A stretch of DNA of 64,000 nucleotides from an uncultured Gemmatimonadales bacterium (GCA_963823035.1 CAWGKG010000008.1:64001-128000); one strand, 5' to 3'; shown: positions 23,207-36,218, counted from the stretch's first letter. Notes: generated by a model not told the origin, from the sequence alone. A program made the numbers and translations.

Positions 23207-24436
23207 ATGACGACGCACCGTCGTTGGGTCCTGATCCTGTCGTTCGTCCTCGTCGCCCTCCCACTCGACGCCCACGCCCAACGGCGGGGACGGCCCGTCG
23301 ACCTCCCGGAGGGGGAGGGGAAGGCCGTGGTCGAGGGGGTATGCTCGGCCTGCCACGGCCTGGATCGCGTCGCGGGGGACGGCTACACGCGCGAGGGCTG
23401 GCTGCGCCTCCTGGGCACGATGGTCGACCTGCCCCCCGCCGATGCTGCTCTCGTCGCCGACTACCTGGCCAGGAACTTCCCCGAGAAGCCCAAGCTCGCG
23501 CCCGTGTTGAAGGCGGGCCCGGCGGCGGTGTCGTTCGAGGAATGGTCGCTCCCGACGAAGGGGTCACGCCCGCACGATCCGCTCGCGACGCCCGACGGCG
23601 CGATCTGGTACACGGGTCAGTTCGCCAACAAGATGGGTCGCGTGGATCCGTCCACCGGCCAGGTGCGGGAGTACGCCGTTCCGACGGACGGCTCCGGCCC
23701 GCACGGGCTGACCGTGGATGGCGGCGGCGACATCTGGTTCACCGCGAACGCGAAGGGCTATCTCGGCAGGCTCGATCCGGAGAGTGGTGAGATCACCGAG
23801 TACCCGGTGGACGCCCGCGACCCGCACACCCCGATCTTCGACCGCGAAGGTACGCTCTGGTTCACCGCCCAGGGCGCGAACAAGGTGGGCCGCCTCGACC
23901 CGGAGACGGGGAAGGCCGACCTCGTGGAACTGCCCACGGCGCGCTCCAACCCCTACGGCATCGCGATCGACTCGAGGGGCGTTCCGTTCTTCGTGGAGTT
24001 CGGCGGCAATCGGATCGGAAGCCTGGACCCGCGCTCCCTGGCGCTGAGGGAGTGGGACCTTCCCGACGAGGGCGCGCGGCCGCGGCGCGTCGCGATCGAC
24101 GACGACGACATCCTGTGGTACTCGGACTACGCGCGCGGCTACCTCGGGCGCTTCGATCCGAGGACCGGCGACGTCCGCGAGTGGCCCTCACCGAGCGGAC
24201 CGGAGTCGCGGCCGTACGGCATCGCCTACACGAGGGACGCGGTCTGGTACGTCGAGACGGGCACGACGCCGAACGCGCTCGTGCGCTTCGACCCGGAGAC
24301 GGAGTCGATGCAGTCCTGGCCGATCCCGGCGGGCGGTGGCGTGGTGCGCAACATGATGCGCACGGTGGACGGCGACCAACTGGTGATCGCCGAGAGCGCG
24401 TTCAACATCGTCGGTCGAGTGACGATCCTCAGGTAG
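23207..24436 (+). CDS. Secreted c-type cytochrome fused to a Vgb (virginiamycin B lyase)-like beta-propeller
   Basis: Signal peptide ending AHA-Q; LPEGEGK..CSACH; repeated P-H/Y-G..G.IWFT blades. Confidence 0.82.
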   Translation: MTTHRRWVLILSFVLVALPLDAHAQRRGRPVDLPEGEGKAVVEGVCSACHGLDRVAGDGYTREGWLRLLGTMVDLPPADAALVADYLARNFPEKPKLAPVLKAGPAAVSFEEWSLPTKGSRPHDPLATPDGAIWYTGQFANKMGRVDPSTGQVREYAVPTDGSGPHGLTVDGGGDIWFTANAKGYLGRLDPESGEITEYPVDARDPHTPIFDREGTLWFTAQGANKVGRLDPETGKADLVELPTARSNPYGIAIDSRGVPFFVEFGGNRIGSLDPRSLALREWDLPDEGARPRRVAIDDDDILWYSDYARGYLGRFDPRTGDVREWPSPSGPESRPYGIAYTRDAVWYVETGTTPNALVRFDPETESMQSWPIPAGGGVVRNMMRTVDGDQLVIAESAFNIVGRVTILR

Positions 24437-24494
24437 GAGCCGGTCGCCGGATTCGTCGACGGGATGGCACACGCCGCCACCAGGAGCGGGTGCC

Positions 24495-26957
<2,463 letters not shown>

Positions 26958-27140
26958 CCGCACCTTTCCGGAATTCTGCATCATCGGTGAGGGGGCCATC
27001 TCATTCTACGTGATTGCGGCCCCAGGCGCTCGCCGGTCCCACGACGTCGAGCGCCACTTCCCGAGGCGGCGTAGTCGCGGTGACGTTTTCGTTACAGGAA
27101 TGTGTCTTGCCGACCTCCCGCCTCGATTGGATTCTCCAGC

Positions 27141-27491
27141 ATGATGATGGATCCGACGACGTACCTCGATTCGGTGTCCCTGAAAGACTTCGTTCATGCG
27201 GCCAGCTCAGAGCCGGTCCTGGGTGACGACGAGGAGGTGGCGCTCGCCGAGGCCGTCCGACGCGGTGACGTGGATGCCGTGGATCGGCTCATCCGCCTCC
27301 ATCTGCGCGATGCCATCGACGAGGCGATCCTGCACCGCGGCGAGGTTGCTGTTCGTACGTTGATCCAGCGGGGCGTGCGCGCCCTGGTCCAGGCGGCCCA
27401 TCGCTACCAGCCTGCGCGCGACGGCACGTTCAAAAGTTACGCTCGGACCTGGATGAAGCGCGAGATCCGGGCGGAGATCCTCCAGGACTGA
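27141..27491 (+). CDS. Stand-alone sigma-70 region 1.2 + region 2 protein (116 aa)
   Basis: PVLGDDEEVALAEAVRRGDVDAVDRLIRLHLR...LIQRG..LVQAAHRYQPARDGTFKSYARTWMKREI aligns by eye with RpoS/RpoD regions 1.2-2.4. Confidence 0.75.
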   Translation: MMMDPTTYLDSVSLKDFVHAASSEPVLGDDEEVALAEAVRRGDVDAVDRLIRLHLRDAIDEAILHRGEVAVRTLIQRGVRALVQAAHRYQPARDGTFKSYARTWMKREIRAEILQD

Positions 27492-27631
27492 GGGCCGCCA
27501 CCGGCCGCTCGCATCGCGCCCGAGCGGTGGCCGACCCCCCGAGATGTGACGCGCGGCCCCTCTCGCTATCTTCCGGAGGCCCCCCGCCTCCGTCGTAGCT
27601 CCGCATCCCGGGACTCCGAGGCCGCCCTTCC

Positions 27632-28846
27632 GTGAACCTCCTGCGCATGGTCTGGCGCAACGTCTGGCGCAACCGTCGCCGCTCGCTGGTGACGATCGCC
27701 GCCACGACGCTCGCGTTCACGGTGATGATCCTGTACTCGAGCATGGTCGAGGGGTATCTGCGCACCATGGAGCGCAACCTTCTCGACCTCGAGCTCGGGG
27801 ACGTGCAGGTGCATGCGACCGACTACCGGGACGACCCCTCGCTCTACTCCAGCATCCGCGACTCGGGGGAGCTCCTGCACCGCTTCGACGAGCACGGGTG
27901 GGCCGCCTCGGCGCGGCTGCTCGGATTCGGTCTGGGCGCGGCGACGGCCGCCTCCGCGGGCGTCCAGATCCAGGGCGTGGACGTGGCGCGGGACGCCACC
28001 GTGTCCCGCATCGACGAGCGCATCCGCGAAGGCGCGTGGCTGGATCCGGCCGACCCGTCCGGCGTGGTGCTCGGCGCGCAGCTGGCGCGCACGCTGGTGG
28101 TGAAGCCGGGCGACGAGCTGATCCTCCTCGGCCAGGCCTCGGACGGGAGCATGGCCAACGACCTCTACGTCGTGCGCGGCGTGCTCCTGGGCGTGAGCGA
28201 GGCGGTCGACCGCGCCGGCGTGTTCATGACCGAGGACGCCTTCCGCCGCTTCTTCGTCTTTCCGACCGGCGCGCACGAGATCATCCTGCGCCGGCCCGCG
28301 GGCGCGGACCTCGACGCTTTCGCCACGGACGTGCGGACCCTCGCGCCGAAGCAGCGGGTCGAGACCTGGCGCCAGTTGGTGCCCACCCTCGCATCCCTCC
28401 TGGACTCGGCCCGCGCGGTCATGATCATGGTCTTCATGATCGTGTACGTCGCCATCGGCATCCTGATCCTGAACGCGATGCTCATGGCGGTGTTCGAACG
28501 CATCCGTGAGTTCGGCGTGCTGAAGGCGATCGGATACGCACCGGCGCAGGTGCTCGCCGTCATCTTCGGGGAATGCGCGGTCCAGGCGGCGCTCGCGGTG
28601 ATCGCCGGCCTCGCGCTCGCCTTGCCCGGCCTCTGGTACCTGACCCGCTTCGGGGTCGACATGGGGCGCCTCGGCGGGATGGCCATGATGGGTGTGGTGA
28701 TGGACCCGATCTGGAGGGGCGTCATGGAGCCGAGCGTGATCGTCGGCCCCCTCGTCACCCTCCTCGTCATCATCACGCTGGCGGCGGTGTATCCGGCCGC
28801 CAAGGCCGCCTGGATCAGCCCGATCCGGGCCATCCAGCACCGCTGA
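27632..28846 (+). CDS. ABC transporter permease (FtsX/LolE/MacB-like)
   Basis: WRNVWRNRRRSL start, periplasmic domain, ERIREFGVLKAIG. Confidence 0.9.
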   Translation: MNLLRMVWRNVWRNRRRSLVTIAATTLAFTVMILYSSMVEGYLRTMERNLLDLELGDVQVHATDYRDDPSLYSSIRDSGELLHRFDEHGWAASARLLGFGLGAATAASAGVQIQGVDVARDATVSRIDERIREGAWLDPADPSGVVLGAQLARTLVVKPGDELILLGQASDGSMANDLYVVRGVLLGVSEAVDRAGVFMTEDAFRRFFVFPTGAHEIILRRPAGADLDAFATDVRTLAPKQRVETWRQLVPTLASLLDSARAVMIMVFMIVYVAIGILILNAMLMAVFERIREFGVLKAIGYAPAQVLAVIFGECAVQAALAVIAGLALALPGLWYLTRFGVDMGRLGGMAMMGVVMDPIWRGVMEPSVIVGPLVTLLVIITLAAVYPAAKAAWISPIRAIQHR

Positions 28847-28863
28847 CGACGAGGACGGCAGGC

Positions 28864-30112
28864 ATGGGTGCTTCGCTGTTGTTCCGGATGGGGTGGCGCA
28901 ACCTCTGGCGCAACCGCCGTCGGACGGTGTTGACGCTCGTGTCGATCTCCTTCGGCCTCCTGCTCGCGATCCTCATGACCGCGCTGCAGGACCGGAACTG
29001 GGCCGACATGATCGACCTGGCCGCGCGCATGGGCGGCGGACACGTGACCGTGCAGCACCCCGAGCTGATCGACGCGCCCACGCTGGACAAGACGGTGATG
29101 GGCACCGGCGCCATCGCCGACATGGCCCTCGCCGACCCGGAGGTCACGCGGGTGATCGTGCGCATCGTGGGCCAGACGCTCCTGTCCACGGCGTCGAACA
29201 GCCGGGGCGCGGGCTTCGTGGGGATCGACCCCACCCGGGAGGATTCCACGACGCTCGCCGTCATCGACGCCTTCTCGGAAGGGGCGATGTTTCCCACCGC
29301 CGACGGCGACGGCATCGTGCTCGGCTCGCGGCTCGCCGAGAACCTGGGCCTGAGGCTCGGGAAGAAGGTCGTCTACAACCTCACGGACAGGAACGGCGAG
29401 ATCGTCGCCGGCCTGGCCCACGTCTCGGGCATCGTGCACACGGGAGCCCCGGGGGTGGACGGGGGCCTGGCCGCTCCTTCCCCTGAACACCCTGCGCGAG
29501 GCACTGGGCTACGGGCCCGACGAAGCCACGCAGGTGGCGGTCTTCATCCACGACCAGCGCCGCAGCGACGACGTGGCGGCGCGACTGAACGTGGCGTTGC
29601 CCGGCGGGGCGGTGGCGGTGCCGTGGCACGAGAACCAGCCCGAGCTGGCGGGCTTCATCGCGATGAAGGTGGGCGGGGCGAACTTCATGAAGATCCTCAT
29701 CGCGGTGCTGATCGCCGCGGGGATCTTCAACACCCTCTTCGTGAGCGTGACCGAGCGCATGCGCGAGTTCGGGATCATGCTGGCGATCGGGTACGCGCCT
29801 CGCGACATCCACCTGCTCGTGATGGCGGAAAGCCTGTGGATGGGGCTGGTCGGCCTGGTGGTGGGCGCACTCCTCACGGCCGGCCCCTACGCCTATCTCA
29901 GCGCGCACGGCATCGATATGAGCGCGATGGTCGGCCAGGGCGGCTCGGAGATCGCCGGCGTTGCGGTACCCTCGGTGATGAAGGTGGAGATCTTCCCGGT
30001 CAACGCCGTCTTCATCGCCTGCGCCGCGTTGGTGGCGACGCTGGCGGCCGGCGTCTATCCGGCCTGGAAGGCGGGGCGGGTGGCCCCCGTGGAGACGATC
30101 CGGCTCGTATGA
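28864..30112 (+). CDS. ABC transporter permease (FtsX/LolE-like); apparent frameshift near 29478
   Basis: WRNLWRNRRRT, ERMREFGIMLAIG, YPAWKA motifs. Confidence 0.88.
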
Positions 30113-30146
30113 GCGGCCCGACGACGTTTCGAGCGAGGTGGCACCG

Positions 30147-30881
30147 ATGAGCGAGTCCGCATCCATCGTCCGGGTCGAGGGGGCGACGAAGGTGTACCAG
30201 CAGGGCCGCGTGGAGGTGCACGCGCTGCGGGGGCTGGACCTGGAGGTCGGCCCCGGCGAGCTGACGGCGCTCTACGGTCCGTCGGGCTCGGGGAAGACGA
30301 CCTTGCTGAACCTGATCGGCGCGCTCGACACGCCGACGTCGGGGCGCGTCCTCATCGAAGGGAGGGACCTCGGCAAGCTGAGCCGCCGGGAGCTCAGCCA
30401 CCTGCGCCGCGACCGCATCGGCTTCGTCTTCCAGGCCTACAACCTCATTCCCGTGCTGACCGCGTACGAGAACGCGGAGACCGTGATGGCGCTCCAGGGG
30501 GTGGACGCCGACGTGCGCCGCCGGAAGATCGAGGAGCTCTTCGCGGAGATGGGGCTCGACGGGATGGCCGATCGCCGTCCGGACGAGCTCTCGGGGGGAC
30601 AGCAGCAGAGGGTCGCGATCGCGCGCGCCATCGCCGCGGATCCGGCCGTGGTGCTCGCGGACGAGCCCACCGCCAACGTCGACTCCGAGACCGCGGACCG
30701 GCTGCTCGGTATCATGGAGAAGCTCAACCGTGAGCGGGAGGTCACGTTCATCTTCTCGACGCACGATCCGCGCGTCATGGAGCGCGCCCGGCGTCTGGTG
30801 AGGATCGTGGACGGCAGGGTGGACGGCGAGGAGAGGCGGGTGGAGTCGCGACCCGTCGAAGAGCCGCCCGAATCGAGGTGA
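30147..30881 (+). CDS. ABC transporter ATP-binding protein (LolD-like)
   Basis: GPSGSGKT, LSGGQQQRVAIARA, LADEPT motifs. Confidence 0.95.
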   Translation: MSESASIVRVEGATKVYQQGRVEVHALRGLDLEVGPGELTALYGPSGSGKTTLLNLIGALDTPTSGRVLIEGRDLGKLSRRELSHLRRDRIGFVFQAYNLIPVLTAYENAETVMALQGVDADVRRRKIEELFAEMGLDGMADRRPDELSGGQQQRVAIARAIAADPAVVLADEPTANVDSETADRLLGIMEKLNREREVTFIFSTHDPRVMERARRLVRIVDGRVDGEERRVESRPVEEPPESR

Positions 30882-31026
30882 TGGCATCGGAGGCGCGCCC
30901 TGCGGTACCTTGAAAGAGGTACGCGCGTGCCCGCCGGCCGGAAACGGAGCGGCGGGCTCGTGGGTTCCGTGCGTTTCAAGGCCGGCGAAGGGGCGCGCCA
31001 GCCCCAATATCGATGGAGGCACGAAC

Positions 31027-31602
31027 GTGGTGGAGCGGGATTCGACGGCGCGGGCGCGGCGGGCGCCCTCGGGCGCCGGTGACCCCACCGTGCGTAGCCG
31101 CCTCATCGGGCTGCAGTCCGCCCGTGAGGGCCTCCGGCACGCGGTTGAGGTGGTACCGGCCGAGGCGCGCGAGAAGCGCCCTGGCGCGGAGCGGTGGTCG
31201 GTCGCGGAGATCCTCGAACATCTGGGCCTCGTCGAGGGCTCGGTGACGCGTCTGATCGGACGCCTCGCCGCCAACGGCGACACGGCGGACCTACCCGGCG
31301 AGGTGAGGCCGCTCGACATGGCGGCCCTCATGGACCGCAGCCATCCCATCCAGACCATCGAGAGCGCGCTTCCCAGCGGGGCCCTCACGTGGCGCCAGGC
31401 GTGGGACGAGCTGACCGAGCGGCGAAAGGAGCTGCTCCGGCTCATCACCTCCGTGGACGGGATCGTGCTCCACCGCGTGCGAGCTCCGCACTTCGTCTTC
31501 GGCCTCCTCGACGGCGTGGACTGGATCCGCTTCGTGGAGGGGCACGAGGCGCGCCACACCGCCCAGATCCTCGAGATCGCCCGCGACGCCAGGTCCGGCT
31601 AG
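31027..31602 (+). CDS. DinB-family protein
   Basis: WSVAEILEHL, PHFVFG, HEARHTAQI; start approximate. Confidence 0.8.
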   Translation: MVERDSTARARRAPSGAGDPTVRSRLIGLQSAREGLRHAVEVVPAEAREKRPGAERWSVAEILEHLGLVEGSVTRLIGRLAANGDTADLPGEVRPLDMAALMDRSHPIQTIESALPSGALTWRQAWDELTERRKELLRLITSVDGIVLHRVRAPHFVFGLLDGVDWIRFVEGHEARHTAQILEIARDARSG

Positions 31603-31610
31603 CCGCGCGG

Positions 31611-32144
31611 CTAGCGCCCGAGCACGCTCCTGCAGCGCTCGAGCGTCCACTCGTCGACGACGGGAGGCGGCCACGTGCCTTGCTGCGCGCCCTCCACGAG
31701 ACTCCGCGCCTCGGCGCGTGCGCGCTCGGCGGTGGCTCCGTCGACCCACTCCCGGCCGAGCGCCTCGTCGAGCTCGTCCTCGTCGAGGAGCAGCGCCCTT
31801 CCGTCACGCCCGACCCATACGTCGAGGAACAGATCGGTGGTGTCCCACCGTTCCCCGTCCAACTCGGGAGGCGTGAGGATGTTCGCGTAGCACCCGGTGA
31901 AGGTGCCGTCGGCCCGGTGGAAGCGGCCGATGTCGTGCCACACCCCGGGGAAGGTGAACCACACGACGTCGCTCCCGAGCTCCAGCACGACGCTTCCTTC
32001 GATGCGCATCGGGGGCTCGTACGGCATGCGCTCGGCGAGCGTGACCTTCACGTCCTCGCGGTCGAGGACGAGCGTCTGCTCGAACACCTGCGTGCGGTTC
32101 GGTGGCCTGCGGTAGTGGATGCGGATGAGGGGATGGTCGGTCAT
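31611..32144 (-). CDS. DUF402 (FomD/Ntdp-like) domain protein
   Basis: YANILTP..DTTDLFLDVWV..LLDEDELDEA, the DUF402 acidic motif. Confidence 0.82.
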   Translation of the reverse strand: MTDHPLIRIHYRRPPNRTQVFEQTLVLDREDVKVTLAERMPYEPPMRIEGSVVLELGSDVVWFTFPGVWHDIGRFHRADGTFTGCYANILTPPELDGERWDTTDLFLDVWVGRDGRALLLDEDELDEALGREWVDGATAERARAEARSLVEGAQQGTWPPPVVDEWTLERCRSVLGR

Positions 32145-32485
32145 CGCTCGGCCTCGATGAACGTCACGGCCTCCACGAAGACGTCCATGGTGCCACCGCA
32201 CACGGCGGGGCTCCAGGTCGTGAAGTCCTCGGTGAGATCCACGCTCACACGCTCCGGGTGGCCGCTCTCGATCACCCGGCGGGCCGCCTCGATCACCTCC
32301 GCCTCACCGCACCCTCCGCCGACGGTGCCCGTGAGGCCGACCTCGGGGTCGACCACAAGGCGCGCACCCACCTTGCGGGGGGTCGAGCCTCGCGTGGCCA
32401 CGACCGTGGCGAGCGCACAGCGTCGCCCCGCCCGGGCGGCTGCCGTCAGCGCGTCCGTGACCCGGCGATCGTCCTGGTGGGTCAT
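32141..32485 (-). CDS. xdhC: Stand-alone XdhC/CoxI N-terminal domain protein
   Basis: LATVVATRGSTPRKVGA, GTVGGGCGE, CGGTMDVFVE motifs. Confidence 0.88.
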   Translation of the reverse strand: MTHQDDRRVTDALTAAARAGRRCALATVVATRGSTPRKVGARLVVDPEVGLTGTVGGGCGEAEVIEAARRVIESGHPERVSVDLTEDFTTWSPAVCGGTMDVFVEAVTFIEAER

Positions 32486-33300
32486 GCCTCCTCCGTCTCC
32501 ACGAAGAACCGCTCCGCCACCCGCTCCCGGTCGCGCAGCGACGTGCCGGTCCCGCCGCGACGCACCTTCACCAGCTCGGCCGCCACCGCCACCGCGATCT
32601 CCTCGGGCGTCTCGGCGCCGATGTCCAGCCCGACCGGCGCGTGGATCGTCTCGAGCCGTCCGCGCGCGACGCCCTCCTCCAGCAGCTGCACGAAGGTCGC
32701 GCGCACGCGGCGCCGGCTGCCGATCATACCGATGTAGGCCGGGGGCGGGTCCACACGCAGCGCCCGCACGAGGCAGTCGTAGTCGTAGCGATGGCCGCGC
32801 GTCACGAGCAGAACGTGCGTGGTCGCGCCCAGCGGCACGTCCCGGAAGGGATCCGAGAAGTCCGCCCGCAGCACCTCCCAGGCGTCGGGGAAGCGCTCCC
32901 GCGTGGCGAATTCCGGACGATCGTCCAGCACCCAGACCCGGTAGCCCAGGTCCGCCCCGATGCGTGCCATGGGCCGCGCGATGTGCCCGGCCCCGACGAT
33001 CACCAGGTCGAGCACGGGCCGGCGCACCTCCACGTACGCCTCCACGCCCTCCCCGAGCGTCACGAGCCCATCGCGGTGGCGCGGGTCGGCGAGCGCGGCG
33101 CGCGCCCGCTCGAGCGCGCGGGCGTCCTGCTCGGTACCGCCCACCCCGCCGTGCAGGCGCTCCGTGCCGTCCGCGCCCACCACCAGGACGATGCGCGCGC
33201 CCGCCTCCGGTCCCGACACGAGGAGGAGCGTCGCCGTGCTCGCGCCGGAGCCGACGGCTTCGAGCGAGAGCGTCGCGGCGGACGCCGCGTCCAGGCTCAC
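32482..33300 (-). CDS. xdhC: XdhC-family protein (C-terminal Rossmann part)
   Basis: IVGAGHIA, DDRPEFA, YIGMIGSRRR, PVGLDIGAETPEEIA motifs. Confidence 0.9.
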   Translation of the reverse strand: MSLDAASAATLSLEAVGSGASTATLLLVSGPEAGARIVLVVGADGTERLHGGVGGTEQDARALERARAALADPRHRDGLVTLGEGVEAYVEVRRPVLDLVIVGAGHIARPMARIGADLGYRVWVLDDRPEFATRERFPDAWEVLRADFSDPFRDVPLGATTHVLLVTRGHRYDYDCLVRALRVDPPPAYIGMIGSRRRVRATFVQLLEEGVARGRLETIHAPVGLDIGAETPEEIAVAVAAELVKVRRGGTGTSLRDRERVAERFFVETEEA

Positions 33301-33890
33301 CGTTCGCTCCTTTCCCGGAGGGTCGCGCGGAAGGCCGCCCGGTAGGCCTCGGGCGTGTCGATGTCCGTCACCACGCCCGCGTCGTCCACCTCCACGAGCG
33401 CGGCCCGCTCCAGGTGCGCCTGGACCACGGAGCGGGCGCCCTCCGCGAGGGAGGGATCCGAGAGTGCGGGGAAGAGCGTCCGACGGAAGAGCGCCGGATG
33501 TCCGCGCCGACCCTCCACGGTCGGGAGCACCAACGGCGCGTCGCCGTCGAGGAGCGTGTCCACGAGGGCCGCCACCGTCTCGGGCGACACCAGCGGATGG
33601 TCGACCGGGAGGTACGCCACGCCCTCGACCTCCCCACCGATCACCGAGAGGGCGAGCCGGAGCGAAGTGATCGGCCCGTCACCGGGGTCGGGGTTCTCGA
33701 GGACGAGCGCTCCGGCCGCGCGGGCCCGCCGGGCCTCGTCCTCCCGGCCGGGGCCGACCACGACCACGACCGGATCGCACCCACCGCCCACGAGCGCGCC
33801 CACCACCGCCGCGAGGAACGAGCGCCCGCCCGCGTCGAGGAGCGCCTTGGAGGTGCCCATCCGCTCCGACCGGCCGGCGCACGGCACCAC
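33297..33890 (-). CDS. MocA/MobA-like nucleotidyltransferase (probable molybdenum cofactor cytidylyltransferase); start approximate
   Basis: AGRSERMG..KALL, PVDHP, RGHP, GAR, DIDTPEAY motifs; adjacent to xdhC. Confidence 0.82.
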   Translation of the reverse strand: MVPCAGRSERMGTSKALLDAGGRSFLAAVVGALVGGGCDPVVVVVGPGREDEARRARAAGALVLENPDPGDGPITSLRLALSVIGGEVEGVAYLPVDHPLVSPETVAALVDTLLDGDAPLVLPTVEGRRGHPALFRRTLFPALSDPSLAEGARSVVQAHLERAALVEVDDAGVVTDIDTPEAYRAAFRATLRERSER

Positions 33891-33951
33891 GCCCGCGACG
33901 CGCGCGGGGCGGCGGCTGAGCCTCCTTCCTCCGTACGGCGCCAGAAGGGGC

Positions 33952-36119
33952 TCACGATCCGTACGCGTCGTAGAAGCCGCGGTCGTCTCGGGCCAGCCCC
34001 TCGAGCGACGGAGCGGGCGCGAACCGCGCGCCGACCTCCGCCTCGAGCACGCGCATGCGGCCGACCACGCCGCGCGTGTGCAGGGAGTCGGCGAAGCGCA
34101 GCAGCCCGCCTCGGAAGGGCGGGAAGCCGGTGCCCATGATCATCGCCGAGGTCGACCTCCCCCGCCGTTCCGACCAGGCCCTCCGCGAGGACGCGCGCCG
34201 CCTCGTTGATCATCGGGAGCACCAGGCGGCGCCGGATCACCTCCGGGGCGACCGGGGCCCCCCCGGCGAGGGGGCCGAGCCGATCGTAGACGCTGGTGTC
34301 CACGCCCTTCTCCTTTCCGTCCTCGTACGTGTAGAAGCCCCCACCGCCCTTGCGCCCCAGACGTCCGCTGGCGCCCAGCGCCACCAGCGGCGGGGCGGGC
34401 TCCAGGCGGCCGCCCAGCGCGTGGTGCATGATGGCGCCCGCGTGCGCCGACACGTCGATCCCCACCTCGTCGATGAGGCGCAGGGGTCCCATCGGCATGC
34501 CGAAGTCGCGCGCGGCCCGGTCGATCTCCTCGACCCGAACGCCCTCGGCGAGCAGCCAGCCGGCCTCGTTCAGGTAGGGCGTGAGGATCCGGTTGACCAG
34601 GAAGCCGGGGCCGTCCCGAACGACCACGGGCACCTTTCCGAGCCGGAGCGAGAGGGCGTAGATCGTGGCGACCGTGTCGTCCGAGGTGGCCGCTCCGCGC
34701 ACCACCTCGACCAGGGGCATGCGGTGCACCGGGTTGAAGAAGTGCATGCCGCAGAACCGCTCCGGGTGACGCAGCGCCTCCGCCATCGCGTCCACGGACA
34801 GGGCGCTCGTGTTCGTGGCGAGGATGCACGCGTCCGTGACCTCGGCCTCCGTCTCCTCGAGCACGGCGCGCTTCACGTCGAGCCGCTCGACCACCGCCTC
34901 CACCACGACGTCGGCCGCGCCGAAGCCGGCGTAGTCGAGCCCGCCCCCGATCAGCTCCATGCGCTGCTCGGCCTCGCGCGCCGTGAGCCTGTGCTTCTCG
35001 ACCGCCTTGTCGAAGACGGAGCGCGCGTGCTTGAGGCCGCTGTTCACGGCGTCGTGGCGGATGTCCTTCATCCGCACGCGGATCCCGTGGTCGGCGGCGA
35101 GTTGGGCGATCCCTCCGCCCATCACGCCCGCCCCGATCACGCCCAGGGCGTGCGACTTCGATCGCGCGCGCGTCGTCCACCGCCGCGCCCTTCCGGGCCG
35201 CCTCCCGCAGGTGGAAGACGTGGACGAGGTTCTTGCTGGCCGAGCCGACCATCAGCTCCGCCGCCGCGTGCGCCTCGGCCTCCAGGCTCTTCGCGACGCT
35301 GCCCCCCATCCGGGCGCGCAGCACCTCCAGGATCTTGAGCGGCGCCGGGTAGTGTCCTCCGGTCGTCGACAGCACCCGCTTCCGGGCCGCCGCCAGCACG
35401 GCGAATCGGCCCGGCGCCGTGTTGTCGCGCAGGCGCGCGAGCACGCCCTTGCGCGGGCGGGACGCGCCGGGCGAGAGGTCGAGCGCGCGCAGCGCGAAGG
35501 CCGCGACCCGCTGGGAGAACTGCTCGGCGGGCAGGATCTCGCCCGCGAAGCCGATGCGCCGGGCCTTGCGCGCGTCGATGAGCTTGCCGGTCAGGAGGAG
35601 GTCCAGGGCGGCAGGGAGACCGACGAGGCGCGGCAGCCGCGTCGTCCCGCCCCAGGCGGGCAGGATGCCGAGCTGCACCTCGGGGAGGCCGATGCGGGTC
35701 TTCGGCGAGTCCGACAGGACGCGGTGTCTGCAGGAGAGGGCGAGCTCCGTCCCACCCCCGACGCAGACGCCGTGGATCGCGGCCACCGTGGGAATCGGCA
35801 GGCGCTCCACGGCCAGGAAGATCTCCTGCCCCCGGCGGATCGCGCGCTCGGCCTCGGCCGGGTCCTCGATCGACGCGATGGCGTCGACGTCGGCACCGGC
35901 GATGCACGAATCGGGCTTGCCGCTGCGCACCACCACCACCTTCACCCGCCCGGACTCGGCGGCCCGCCGCGTTTCCTCGACCACGTCGGCCAGCCGGGTC
36001 ATCACGGCCTCGGTCAGCACGTTCAGCTTGCGATCCGGGTCGTCGAAGATGATCCAGCCGATTCCCCGTTCGTCGATCTCCAGCGTCGGACTCGGGGATA
36101 CGGGCTTGGCTTCATCCAT
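33952..36119 (-). CDS. fadJ: Fatty acid oxidation complex alpha subunit (enoyl-CoA hydratase/3-hydroxyacyl-CoA dehydrogenase); apparent frameshifts near 35150 and 34145
   Basis: GGGTELAL, GLPEVQLG, IGAGVMGGGIA, GMHFFNPV, GFPPFRGG motifs. Confidence 0.9.
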
Positions 36120-36177
36120 TCGATGCGGCTCCGGGCGAGGTCGTCGTGCGCACCTTCACAATATCCAACCCCGCGGC

Positions 36178-36218
36178 GAACGAAAGCCGCCCCGGCACCT
36201 GGAGGGCGCCGGGGCGGC
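36178..36218 (-). terminator. Intrinsic terminator after the lipoprotein gene
   Basis: GCCGCCCCGGC...GCCGGGGCGGC stem followed by TTTCGTTC on the minus strand. Confidence 0.65.

Noticed and set aside
23207..24436. Calling the Vgb-like gene an antibiotic-resistance determinant
   Set aside because: Fold-level similarity only; the protein is secreted and haem-fused.
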